From the NCBI RefSeq assembly GCF_040938485.1, contig NW_027270937.1, positions 1,364,001-1,428,000 on the forward strand: 64,000 nt of DNA, read 5' to 3'. The position numbers and the translations under genes were made by a program. Of this stretch, positions 37,601 through 48,999 are shown one piece after another (within the stretch, counting starts at the first letter, position 1; every line of letters begins with the position of its first letter). A model generated the notes under the pieces. It saw only the letters and a list, made by a program, of their open reading frames with translations, was not told the origin of the DNA and did not search any database. The stretch comes from Diadema antillarum (taxonomy: Eukaryota).

Positions 37601-38896
37601 ACATGGTAACAATTTACTATTCAGTACAGAAATTGCACTTTTTCTCCATACCGGTACCATGAAAATTACTCAATGCATAAATGTATGAATGGGTCAAAGT
37701 CAAGTTAAAGTCCTTAAATCCCCAAATACATGCTCTCCTATTCATCCAATTAAACCAAGTTCAAGGAAAGTGAACATTCAACACATTTCTGACAAACTTG
37801 TCATTTCAATATTTTGCCAGTTTTGTATAAATGTAATCACACATTGTCCACATGTACTATCTAGACCTATTAGGAGAATCATGCATTATGGCGGAGGCAT
37901 ACCAGTCGCCATAGCGACATTTCTAGTTTTTTTTTTTAAATTCAAATTTCTTTGAACACCAGATTGCATTAGATATAATGGCTGTTTAGCAGTACTCTAT
38001 TGCTTTTTCCTTCTAGAATAAGCAAAGAAAAAAAAAGGAATGTGTGGACGCAATTTTGACAAAGAGCTGCCATAGCCGTTGGGGACGATGTTTAAATAGT
38101 GGCTAAATATCTTCATTTCAAATTCAAATTCAAATTCAAACTTGAATTTATTTGAATTTCTTTTGTCAATTTGCACAAGAAATTGTATTGTCTTCCTCTG
38201 GCATTATCATATTTTCAAGAAATAAATAGCATTCATAGTGACCATTTTGGAAAATGGCTGCCATGGTCGTTGATGGTGTCATTTGTAATAACTTCATATA
38301 TTATTTTCTTTTGAATATGATTTTCAACATGTACAAATTTCATTGATTTTCTTTCTGAAATTAGAAAATCTTTCAAAAAAAGAAAAGAAAAATGCTGAGA
38401 AGCAGACATCCATGGCGGTCAGCATGGCCCTTGAGGGCGCCTGCTAAGAAGACCTTATATTTAAATTCATTTTTGAGCATAATTTTCAACTTGTTTGCAA
38501 AGTATTATTGACTTTTCCTTCTGACATCAGCATTTTTTTTTTTTTTTTTGCCAAAAACAGGGGGGGGGGGGGCATTCATGACAGCTGTTTTGAAACTTGG
38601 CTGCTATGGCTGTTCAGGGTGCACTTTTGGATGGCCCTATTATCAAATTCAGTTTGAATGTAATTTTTAATTTTCCACCTTTGTGGAAATTCTGATTGAC
38701 GTCAGCAATACTTTACGAAAAAAGACATTCATGGTGGCCATTTTAAAAAATGGCTGGAATGGCCATTGAGGGGGTAATTTGCAATGGCCCAATAAGTTTA
38801 CTTTTGAATGTGATTTCCCACCTGTTTACAAAATCTCATTGGCTTTCCCTTCTGATTTTAGTAAATCTTTTCGAAAATATAGCATTTATGGCGGCG
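34693..38896 (+). mobile_element. Large non-autonomous DNA transposon with long repeat-built TIRs (Academ-like), left end and body
   Basis: Starts TAGTGGAGCGGCA after host TTG (34690-34692); about 8-9 forward ~160-bp repeats (34817 to ~36200), reverse-oriented repeats ~38050-38896, no coding capacity, HINE-A nested. YR termini and a 3-bp TSD fit Academ (superfamily call is inference). Confidence 0.65.
36692..37928 (+). mobile_element. Helentron/DINE-1-type element family A, copy 2 (nested in Academ-like element)
   Basis: Near-identical to 855-2049, including subTIRs, (GTCC)n and the 3' GTCGC/GCGAC hairpin + CTAGTT. Confidence 0.82.
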
Positions 38897-39832
38897 GCCC
38901 CCCTTTTTTTTTGCCTGTCTGATGATTAAACCCCAGAAGTGGTGAATGAATTGTTTTGCGCCCCTTTATGGAATACCTCGATCCGCCCCTATACTCGTAC
39001 TTATGGTGATCGTATCAGAGCAAATTACCCCGAGGACAATTACCCCCGGCTCAATACTGGGTAGTGATAAGGTTAGAGTAAAGATTAGGGTTAGGGTTAG
39101 GTTTAAGGGGTAGAGTTAGGATTAGGTTCAGGATCAGGCTTATAGGGTTAGGGGCACGGGAAGTGTCAAGGGTAATTGCCAAGGGGGTTATTGCCCTAGA
39201 CATGTGGTGATATAATGAACAAAGGAGGAGGTGGCATCTGAATTGATGATGCATGGTAGTTGATTTGCTCAAGTTTTACTTCCGTATTGACTCATGTCAT
39301 ACAGAAATTATAGAATGCAAAGCAACGTTATGAAACCAAAGAAATCTCCTTAAATCATCACTTTAGACTTCGAACTATAGGTGTAAAGAAAAGCGGAAAC
39401 CCATAAAAAGATGTGAAACATTCAACTCTGCCCTCTCCACTCTACGTTACCCAGAAAAAGAAAAAAAAAAGAGAGGAAATTCTGGAGAAATCGAGACATA
39501 CTGGTTTATGGACTGCCTAGAGATGTACACACGCACTGGTGACAAAGAAAAAGAAAGTGTGTATTACTTGACTAGAATAATATGTTCTAGGGCAGTCAGG
39601 ATTATAAGGGGACTTTTACGATCTTCAGAATGCAAATAACATCAAGAAATTAGGAAGTTCTTTGAAACAGGGTGTCAATAATGACAAATATTATCCCAAC
39701 AGAATAAACTGACATTCATGCATATTTCGACTTTCTTTTTCGATTCCAGCTCTAGGAAGCGCCTTTCACCCACATTTGGTGTTTGTGTGTGTTGTGGTAC
39801 ATTTTTTTTTAAATGTGTATAAGTGTATGTGT

Positions 39833-39904
<72 letters not shown>

Positions 39905-40032
39905 GTGTGGTTTGTGTCCAATTTCGTCCATTTATAGATTAATTTAAATACATTTACTACATGTGTATATTATACCTGCATTAAACAATGTCATATTCCA
40001 CAGGCATATAACATGATTTCACAATCTCACAA

Positions 40033-40200
40033 TAGTGGAGCGGCACAGCCGAACAATTGTGCATTTTGTGATAAAAGCACCAAATTTCGTACACAGGTTG
40101 ACGATCACCTTTAGATTAAATTTAGATATTGGGCCATCGTAAATAGCGCCCTCAACGTCCATGGCAGCCATTTTTCAAAATGGCTGCCATTTTTCAAAAT
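40033..40200 (-). mobile_element. Displaced, inverted right terminus of the Academ-like element
   Basis: TAGTGGAGCGGCACAGCC.. matches the left TIR; preceded by CAA (40030-40032; TTG on minus) and by inverted host sequence matching TTGTGAGAATGTGAAATC of the uninterrupted paralogous site at ~52750. Confidence 0.75.
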
Positions 40201-40209
40201 GTCTCCTTA

Positions 40210-40338
40210 TATTCTAGGCTTTATTGCAAAATTTTTATATGGTCGGAGGTTTTGTGATACAACTGGCCTCCACATTATGCATCAATGTGATATCTTGAAC
40301 ATTTTTTTTTATCACTGCTCCCAATGGTAAACAGTACC
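40210..40338 (-). mobile_element. Fragment (5' end) of Kolobok-type MITE K3
   Basis: Reverse complement aligns to ~11300-11430. Confidence 0.7.
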
Positions 40339-41067
40339 ACTAAGTCCATCCCAGTCCATCTTGTCTGCTGTCCTGTCTACCACTCTCCCGTCTTTCATCT
40401 CCACACACACGCACACACACACACACACACACTGACACACATACACTTATACACATAAAAAAAAAAATGTACCACAACACACACAAACACCAAATGTGGG
40501 TGAAAGGCGCTTCCTAGAGCTGGAATCGAAAAAGAAAGTCGAAATATGCATGAATGTCAGTTTATTCTGTTGGGATAATATTTGTCATTATTGACACCCT
40601 GTTTCAAAGAACTTCCTAATTTCTTGATGTTATTTGCATTCTGAAGATCGTAAAAGTCCCCTTATAATCCTGACTGCCCTAGAACATATTATTCTAGTCA
40701 AGTAATACACACTTTCTTTTTCTTTGTCACCAGTGCGTGTGTACATCTCTAGGCAGTCCATAAACCAGTATGTCTCGATTTCTCCAGAATTTCCTCTCTT
40801 TTTTTCTTTTCTTTTTCTGGGTAACGTAGAGTGGAGAGGGCAGAGTTGAATGTTTCACATGTTTTTATGGGTTTCCGCTTTTCTTTACACCTATAGTTCG
40901 AAGTCTAAAGTGATGATTTAAGGAGATTTCTTTGGTTTCATAACGTTGCTTTGCATTCTATAATTTCTGTATGACATGAGTCAATACGGAAGTAAAACTT
41001 GAGCAAATCAACTACCATGCATCAATTCAGATGCCACCTCCTCCTTTGTTCATTATATCACCACATG

Positions 41068-41253
41068 TCTAGGGCAATAACCCCCTTGGCAATTACCCTT
41101 GACACTTCCCGTGCCCCTAACCCTATAAGCCTGATCCTGAACCTAATCCTAACTCTACCCCTTAAACCTAACCCTAACCCTAATCTTTACTCTAACCTTA
41201 TCACTACCCAGTATTAAGCCAGGGGTAATTGTCCTCGGGGTAATTTGCTCTGA
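41068..41253. mobile_element. Small TIR element with TTAGG(G)-like core (mirror copy 39015-39200)
   Basis: TIR TCTAGGGCAATAACCCC / GGGGTAATTTGCTCTGA around (CCTAA/CCCTAA)n. Confidence 0.55.
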
Positions 41254-41276
41254 TACGATCACCATAAGTACGAGTA

Positions 41277-41602
41277 TAGGGGCGGATCGAGGTATTCCAT
41301 AAAGGGGCGCAAAACAATTCATTCACCACTTCTGGGGTTTAATCATCAGACAGGCAAAAAAAAAAGGGGGGGCGGGGGGGGGGGGGTGGGGCTTCAACAG
41401 GTATTTTCGCGTGCCACTTCCGGCTTTCATCAGCTGAAAAGTGAAACACAGTCGGCTGACAAGGATGGTTTCTCCAAAGGAAAAGAACAGGCCCCCTTTC
41501 AATTTTTTAATCTTTATTTTTATTTTTTCTTGCTTTTGTTTTTTAGGAAAAGAAAAGTAAAGGGGGCTTGCACCCAGTGCGCCCCTCCTGGATCCGCCAC
41601 TG
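41277..41602. mobile_element. hAT-like MITE with GGCGGATCC termini
   Basis: AGGGGCGGATCGAGG...CCTGGATCCGCCACTG; related short copy at 47325-47438, internal remnant at ~53240-53300. Confidence 0.6.
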
Positions 41603-42721
41603 CGGGTATGAAGATACAGTATATTAACCTTCATATTGATCATATTATCTGAATGGTTTGTCCAGTCATGCTATGTCTCTCCAGCAAGTCATGTTACCAT
41701 CCATGATTCTTTTAAGTCTGGCTGGAAAACAGCGCCAGTTAGCCAACATTACTACTTGGGTCTTGAGCTAACTTGACCATCAACCCTGTCATTTCATCAC
41801 AATATTATTACTGCTAATCCATTAATATCCTAACAACGTAGCTAAATCGCCACTGGATCATCAAAGCTGAGGTTATAACTGGACAATGACCATTGATCAT
41901 GACCTTATACTTGTTACTACATTACACTTTGATGTTAATGCCAATAAATGTTGATTCATGTTCACTTACATTAGATTGCTTTTGGATATTTCTACCTGAA
42001 GTAATGGCTGGAAATGAAAAAAGAAAGAAGAGAAGTGCAAAGACATTGAAACTTTACCTTTGACCTCAAACTGTGACCTTCAAAGCAAAAAAGAAAAGAA
42101 AACAAGAAAACAAAAAACAAAAAAAGCAAAAACAAAAACAAAAAACCAAAACAAACAGGGATATTTCTTCCCTTTCAAATTCACTTAAACTTGGCGTTCC
42201 TATTTGATCGAGGTAATAGCCGGAAAGGACAATTTAGGGCAAAAGTACAGTGGCCTTTGACCTTGACTTTTCACCACTTTCATTTAATGTACTAGTAAAT
42301 AATTGTTTAACTGAAGTTACTTACCCTTCATTCCAAATCGTATTGGTAGTGGGCATTTCGGGTCAGCTGAAAGTGCCACTTTGGGGTTGTAAAAGTTCAA
42401 TGACCTTTGCCCAAGAGATTTTGCTTCGAATATAGTTTAATCTGACAATTTATCTGACATGTTGAAAACCCCCGATATGGATAGGCTTGCTTGAACAACG
42501 CCAATCTTTGCTCTTTTCAAAAATGCCAACAAGTCGGACATAGTGTGGAGTTTCTCTTCAGAATATCATTTTGTTTTCAAAAGTTTAATGTCTGAAAGAA
42601 TCATAGATATGAAAATAAATACTTCTTTCAAGAGGATGTGATATGTCAGCAGATGAATTCTTTTATTTCTGATTCTCCCCAACTCCAACTAAAATCAACA
42701 TAATACGAAATTCAAAATATT

Positions 42722-42950
42722 ATGCACTGTGGCCCAGTGGATAAGACTCCTGAATTTCAATCGGAGGTACCTAGTTCGAAACCCGTAAAGGGCCACGTCC
42801 TTAAGCAAGATTTTTTTTTTGCCCCCTAAGTCCGTTTCGACAGAAGCGTTTAAAATGGATACACTCCAACGAAAGGGAAATGATAATGGCAGGGTCCGCT
42901 TTTAGACCAGTTGTAGCATTGAAGAAGCTACCTTGGCTGAAGAAGACTGG
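42722..42950 (+). mobile_element. tRNA-derived SINE upstream of GPCR copy 1
   Basis: A box TGGCCCAGTGG (42730-42740), B box GTTCGAAAC (42774-42782); body homologous to 6088-6333. Confidence 0.7.
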
Positions 42951-43395
42951 ACTAACAATGCTCCACGGATACACTTTGCAGAACACGTTATCACAAACTG
43001 TACCGTAACATAACACGTCTAAGTAATCAATTTAAAAGCTAAGTTATGAATAGGCAAGGCGAGGAATGATTAAGAGGGGAATGATATGGTGATGAAAAAA
43101 AAAATCCTCATTTCCTGGTATATGTCTTCTATAGAAAACTGATTTCTGAACCAAGTATTAGGTGACGAGATATCATTGCACACGCCTGCGCCATCAACTC
43201 GAAAGAGTACACGTATTTCCTGTTATTGAGAGCTTAGATTAATGGAAACGTGAAAAACAACAACAACAAAGGAACATTCGCAGAGGTCTGAAAACAATTT
43301 CATAGCACATTTTGTCCTTTCACCATTCTGAACAGTGTCCGGAAAATTGCTCCTGCTTGGTTGTCATTTTAGTGCCATGCTTCCCTCGAGACAAG

Positions 43396-44496
43396 ATGGC
43401 GGATGTAGCTGGGTACCTTGACAGTAATGAGACGTTGGTTAAATCCAATTCCCGACTCGCTCCTGTAGATATTTGTTTAGCAGTAGGGTATAGCGCTGTG
43501 TTCGTTGTTGGCGTTACAGGGAACGTCGTGCTGTTGCTGGCGAGCGCACTGTCTAGAAAACTCCAGACGAGAACCTCCTGCCTCATCGTCAATCTTAGCG
43601 TCAGTGATCTGTTGGTTTCCGCTGTTCAGCCTTTTCAGATCGTCCCGATATTGGACAGACCACTACCGGAGGTACTGTGCCAACTGACAGCCGCACTTGC
43701 TATCATATCCATTGGGAGTAGTGTCATTACCATAATGCTGATTGCTGTAAATCGCTGTGTGCTCATCATCAAACCTAAGCACACATACAACCGCGTCTTC
43801 TCTTCGAGATATCTGGTCGTCATGGTGACAATACCTTGGCTGTATCCCCTCGTAGTTTTTGTGGTTCCTCATCTTACTGGTCATGGTCGTCTGGGATACA
43901 GCGCCCTCACACGACTCTGCATCTGTGACTTCACTCACAAGAATGCAAATACTTTTGTCTACCTTGTGGTAGGCACGTCGTCAATTGCCTTCGGTGTGAC
44001 GTTCTTCAGCTACTGGCTGATCTATAGGCACATGAAAAAGAGCGCCTTGAAGTCCAGGTCGTGCTCAATGCCGACCGAGAAAAGCTGTCGCAGGCACACC
44101 GAGCTTGTAATCACCAAGAATCTCCTGTGCGTGGTATGCTGCTTCGTCCTGTGCGTAACTCCCTTCATGTGTGTCTTTCTGGCTATCCCATTCCTGGAAG
44201 GACCCTCTCTGCACCGAGTTCTCAGCGTGATGCCCTACCTGTCTCTCCCACTCGTACTCGACAGTTGCTTTAACGCATTCATCTACGGCTGGAAGCATCC
44301 TCACTTCAGGATCGTCATAGCCTGCGTGCTCCGACGGCGCTGGCGCGATATCCCGGAGCCCTCCCGACTGCTGGCACGGATCCTCGCCTGCAACACTATT
44401 GATAGGCAGTGTGCGCCCCAAGATATCCGTGTTGCAAAGGGCTGTGAGGTACAGAGCGAAAATATGACCACTGAGACCAACAATGAAATTATGTGA
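43396..44496 (+). CDS. Intronless rhodopsin-class GPCR, melatonin-receptor/Tre1-moody-like (copy 1, 366 aa)
   Basis: Seven hydrophobic segments; GN (TM1), NLSVSDL (TM2), C3.25, NRC (TM3), W4.50, CVTP (TM6), DSCFNAFIY (TM7), helix 8 WKHPHFR; ATG in AAGATGG context (ORF-track start at 43312 is a TTG); AATAAA at 44536. Confidence 0.93.
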   Translation: MADVAGYLDSNETLVKSNSRLAPVDICLAVGYSAVFVVGVTGNVVLLLASALSRKLQTRTSCLIVNLSVSDLLVSAVQPFQIVPILDRPLPEVLCQLTAALAIISIGSSVITIMLIAVNRCVLIIKPKHTYNRVFSSRYLVVMVTIPWLYPLVVFVVPHLTGHGRLGYSALTRLCICDFTHKNANTFVYLVVGTSSIAFGVTFFSYWLIYRHMKKSALKSRSCSMPTEKSCRRHTELVITKNLLCVVCCFVLCVTPFMCVFLAIPFLEGPSLHRVLSVMPYLSLPLVLDSCFNAFIYGWKHPHFRIVIACVLRRRWRDIPEPSRLLARILACNTIDRQCAPQDIRVAKGCEVQSENMTTETNNEIM

Positions 44497-44639
44497 CTTT
44501 ATCGTGTGTCTGCCGTACATCATTTAGATACTGTCAATAAAATTTGTACCGTTTTACCATCGTAAACTCACAAACTAATATCACCAGAAAAAATAGGCAT
44601 AATGTCCGGGCCGTAAGTTAGCCATCGTGACTACATAAA

Positions 44640-45560
44640 TTAAAATTAGTGCTTCCTTGTATGATCACCCTAACGTATCTTCGGGTGAAACTGGACAGAC
44701 AGCAAATCGCCTTCACACAACACATTGTAGCACTGCGCGGCAAAGCATACATCAAGGAACAATCTCCTGCGTCGTCTTGATGGTTCTTCCTGGGGAGGTT
44801 ATACCAGAACCCTTCGAGCAGGGGCCCTGGCCCTCTTTTACAGTGCCGCAGAATATATGCTGCTCCAGCATGGAGGAGGAGGAGCCACGTAAGCAAACTG
44901 GATGCTACCCTAAACGACACCATGAGAGTAATCACTGGATGTCTATGTCGAACCTCAGGGAAGTATTTGCCTGTCCTGTTGGGTATTGCTCCACCAGCTC
45001 TTCGTCGGGAACATTTATAAAATGTCCGAGCTAGTTAAGAAGTCACTACAGGACACATTTATCCTTCTGCATGCCCGCATAACAACAGCCCAAAACTTCG
45101 GCCGCCAACGCTTAGGCTCTCGTCGGCCTTTTGTCAACATGCAGTATATTATTGCTCGCAAACTCCGACTTGAATCTAATGGAGTCGTGGAAGCATGACT
45201 GGCAAGAGATGGCAAAGCCTGCGCAGCTCACAGTCCATCCCAGCACAGACACTCCACCAGAGTCAATCTCTCCCGCAAAGAGTGGGTACGGTAACCCTAA
45301 ATAGCCTCCGGACTGGAGTCGGCAGTTTTGGCGCCAACATGCACCAATGGGGCCTTCGTCCGTCAGCAGCGTGCATGTGTAGTGCTCCAGAGCAAACTGC
45401 AGACCCCATTTTGCGAGACTGCACCAGGCTTGGACCTCCTGGGAAACCTTCCATCGACTTGACCAACCCAAGTCATGACACCGTTGGATGGTTACTGCAG
45501 CTTCGAGACGTAGTGTAGCAGCCGTAGTAGCAGCAAACCTCATACAAAAGAAGAAGAAGA
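44640..45560 (+). mobile_element. Degenerate 5'-truncated LINE (Ingi/Vingi-like) ORF2 3' part
   Basis: Frameshifted peptides YLRVKLDR..RNNLLRRL..SSWGG..LRAGALAL.YSAAEY..KLDATLNDTMRVITGCL and VTLNSLRTGVGSFGANMHQWGLRPSAACMCSAPEQTADPILRDC (degenerate CCHC finger), ending in an (AAG)n tail; clade assignment tentative. Confidence 0.82.
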
Positions 45561-47324
45561 TTAGAATGACAGATCTATGGCATTAATGTCCAGAGTATGT
45601 TGCGAAAACTGCAACTTTCGTCGGCGCCGTTTCAGAGGCGATGCAATCTTGTCCAAGCTGACATCAATGCTTCAAGGTTTTGAATGTTCCGAGTGTGCTA
45701 TACTCTATCACAATTACAGTCTTTGATGTAGATGTGTGACGTAGGGCCTATGCTCAACAAAATGAATTGTTAAGGAATTGTTAGTCTGGTGAAAAGGAAA
45801 CAATATTACATCGTACCATATTTCTCAAAATCGGCTATTATATTCTTTGGACGTCATGGACGTAAATCCCGGATGGGGGATGGGGGATGCATCCTCCCAC
45901 CTCCCCCTTGGAGGAGGAGGAGGGGGATGATCTGTACAAACACCCCCCCCCCCCGGAAATTTGAAAAAAAAATGGAAGAAGAATAAATGTTATTGTATTA
46001 ATTTCGGCATAATGCATGACGTTCGCACGCTCGCCTAGTGAGAACTAAACAGAACTTAACAATATTCTATCTTGTAGGATTTGTATACATACTTTCTCAA
46101 GCGCTCGCTCACTTCGCTCTCTCGCAAATAGTAATATCGGCTTAAAGTATGGTTCAGATGTTGATGCCATAAAACATCATACATGTGGTATGAAGCGCGC
46201 CCTCGGGACCATCTACAAATTACGTACGAAAAAATAAAATTCCTCCAGAATTTACCCCCCCCCCCATGTCCCCACTCCTCACGCAATGACATACACCTCC
46301 CCTCCCTTCCAAAGGGATGACTCAGCCACGAAACATCTATGTTGTATAGGTATGCAGATGGGCAAACACAGGGATGATCAAGGGCGTCGATCCTGCGGGC
46401 AAAAGGGTAGTTGCCCCCCTCCCCCCACCAATGAAAATGTTGGGGCAAACATTAATCGCCCCCATCTCAATAATTCCCAAGCTGAGGGAATATAATATCG
46501 TACTTTTTTTGTACAAAATTATCCAAATATTCATCCAGAAGTATGCACCAGATCGTTTAATTGCAATTTTGAAAATTCAAACATTCCCCGCTCGGTCCCC
46601 TTTCATACACCCATAGACTTTGTACACTTTTGAGATTGACAAATTTCCGAATATTTCATCAAAAGTGTGTACCAGATCTTAAACTTAAAAAAAAAATGCC
46701 AAAGTTCCCTCATATGAAAGGTGATATCCCCTCCCAATAAAGCCTTCCAAAAATTGAAAATTCTCCAAATAATACACTAAAAATGTGTACGATGTGTCTC
46801 ATGTCAATTCTAAGAATGCATAAGCTCCCTCGTGTTTGATGGGGATACAGATACTATGAATTGTTTAACCTTTGAGGATCGGCAATTTTTCAAGTATAAC
46901 ACCAAAAGTGTGCACTATGACAATCAAAGAAATACAAAAACTCCCTCGTGTGGAAGGAACTAGGATAGTATATCCCCCTTCCCACATCCTTCCCGGCCCG
47001 CACGTTACCCTGAATTTAGTCTTCATTTTTGTGCTATTTGATTATAGACGCAAAAATCGAATAATATCCACTAACAGTGTACACCTGCCATCATAATTAT
47101 CTCAGAATTTTAGATCTGAAAATGCGAAATCTCCCTCGTGTGAGAGGGGTCCTTTCGCTTCTCATAAAGAAATAAAAGATAACATTATATAAAACAAATC
47201 TGTGCTCAACCGTTTAGCATGAAGATTGTCATACATCTACATATTGAATAGATTCCCCGAGTGCGCGCGCTGTGCTCAAAGAACCACTACTGGTGTGGCT
47301 CTCTAAATCTCTGAAATAAAGCAT

Positions 47325-47438
47325 CAGGGGCGGATCCAGGAATTCCGTAAAGGGGAGAAGCCTTTACAAAATTAAAGGGGCGCACGCCGCTCCCCCCATT
47401 TTCTTTTTATTTCTTTTGTTTTAAGGATCCGCCAATTG
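47325..47438. mobile_element. Short hAT-like MITE (CAGGGGCGGATCCAGG terminus)
   Basis: Terminal similarity to 41277-41602. Confidence 0.5.
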
Positions 47439-48999
47439 GCGACTGGATCCGTCATTCGCGGAGCATGACTATAATTTAATATCACATGTTTGACAGAAAG
47501 TCACGTGGCCGTTTGCTGTGAAGAAAGTGGAAACATGCATGCTTTAAACGAGTGGTTTAAGTCAGCTCCTTACAGAAAAACTGAAGTGCCATGAAATGAA
47601 GCTACAATGTGAATCACCATACAATGTGTTGGTCACGGGGAAACTTGGATGACGAGTTTCATAGTCTAAACTGGATACTTTCTCTTTGCTTTGGCATTTA
47701 AAACACAGTGGATAAACACTTGAATCGTTCGAAACAAGGAAGCAAGAAATGTGTGAAGAGGATTGATATTCTATCAATTGATTCAATTGTGACAAATGAA
47801 TTACGACTGAATTTGTTGGATAAGGCAATCACCAACTTCTAATTAGAACAGAGTTGAAAACTGTCCCAAGCTGGTTGACGCGACTGTATCGTCAGTTGCT
47901 AGCTATGAACTTGCGAGACTAACGATTACATGTGATACGGGCATGCAACGAGTAGAATTAAGAATCCGTACATAAGTTGCGATTACTTATGGCAACTCAA
48001 TCCTGTAGATATTGTGTGCCTCAGGCAGTTGGGAATAACCACATGCATAACAAACTTTTGTGAAAAGAATGCATTTATCATGTAGGCTAGAAAATGGATA
48101 TGATATGCCACATAAGCGTCGTAATGGAAAGATAGTAAAATATTAAATGCCCTTAATCTTTAGAAAGGAAAAAAAAATAGAAGCAAAGTAATGAAGTTCA
48201 GCAAATGTTGTCTGTTGTAAAGTTAAAAGTTATGAATAGTTGATCCATTTCTACCTCTTGAAATGTGGTAATTGATCTTGAATAAAATTACAGAAACATG
48301 TGGAGAGAACTTGATTGGTTGAATACAGTGTAGAATCATTTCTTTGTGAGAATGTGAAATCGTTTAAATACACATGTGTGAAATAACAGTCGTACAATGT
48401 CGTACACGTATCGTGAATATTTGAATTGATATTAGATTAAACCAAAGTGGACACATACCACATGCACACACACACACACACAAACATAAGAATATACACA
48501 ACGTACACAAACACAAAATGCAGTGGATGATAGTCGAGATATGATTGAATGTCAATTTGTTTAATATAAATATAACACAACATGACTAATGCATGTCATA
48601 AAGTTGGGAAAAAGATGAATGAGTGGAAAGGAAAGGGTAACAATCAATCATGAGGAAAGATAAAAATCGTCTTCTATACATGGTTAATCAAAGCTACATT
48701 GTATATACCTTCTACAGAAACAGATCTCTTGAACTCAAGTAAGCATACGTCTGAAACAATATCATTGCTTAACGGGTTAGCGCCTGCTCCATTGATACTG
48801 GAAATGACATTTCATGTCATGAATATCTTAAATGGAAACTAGGAAAAGAATAGCACTTCTTAAAAGGGAACTCTCACAAGTCGCACATAAATCGCACTGA
48901 ACGTTTTGTTCTTTATAGGCATATGTCATGAACAAAGTGCATTGAAAAATGCTCCAGTGTGGTTGAAATTTCAAGGGCTGCTTAACCCAACGAAACAAG

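Larger units (their letters stand above)
38897..41371. repeat. ~1-kb near-perfect inverted repeat (arms 38897-39910 and 40401-41371, ~490-bp spacer)
   Basis: Arms are reverse complements apart from microsatellite length, a 3-bp indel and a few substitutions; mirrored ORFs 39051-39272(-) and 40999-41217(+). Confidence 0.95.

Noticed and set aside
39060-39160. TTAGGG-like motifs as an interstitial telomere
   Set aside because: Only a few degenerate units, enclosed by TIRs of a small element.
39051-41217. Twin 72-73-aa ORFs on opposite strands
   Set aside because: Mirror images created by the inverted duplication across a TTAGG-rich repeat; no coding signature.
43312-43395. Longer N-termini of GPCR ORFs (from TTG at 43312 and GTG at 58188)
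   Set aside because: Non-ATG starts; paralogs share an ATG in AAGATGG/ATAATGG context at 43396, 49000, 58221 and 63484.
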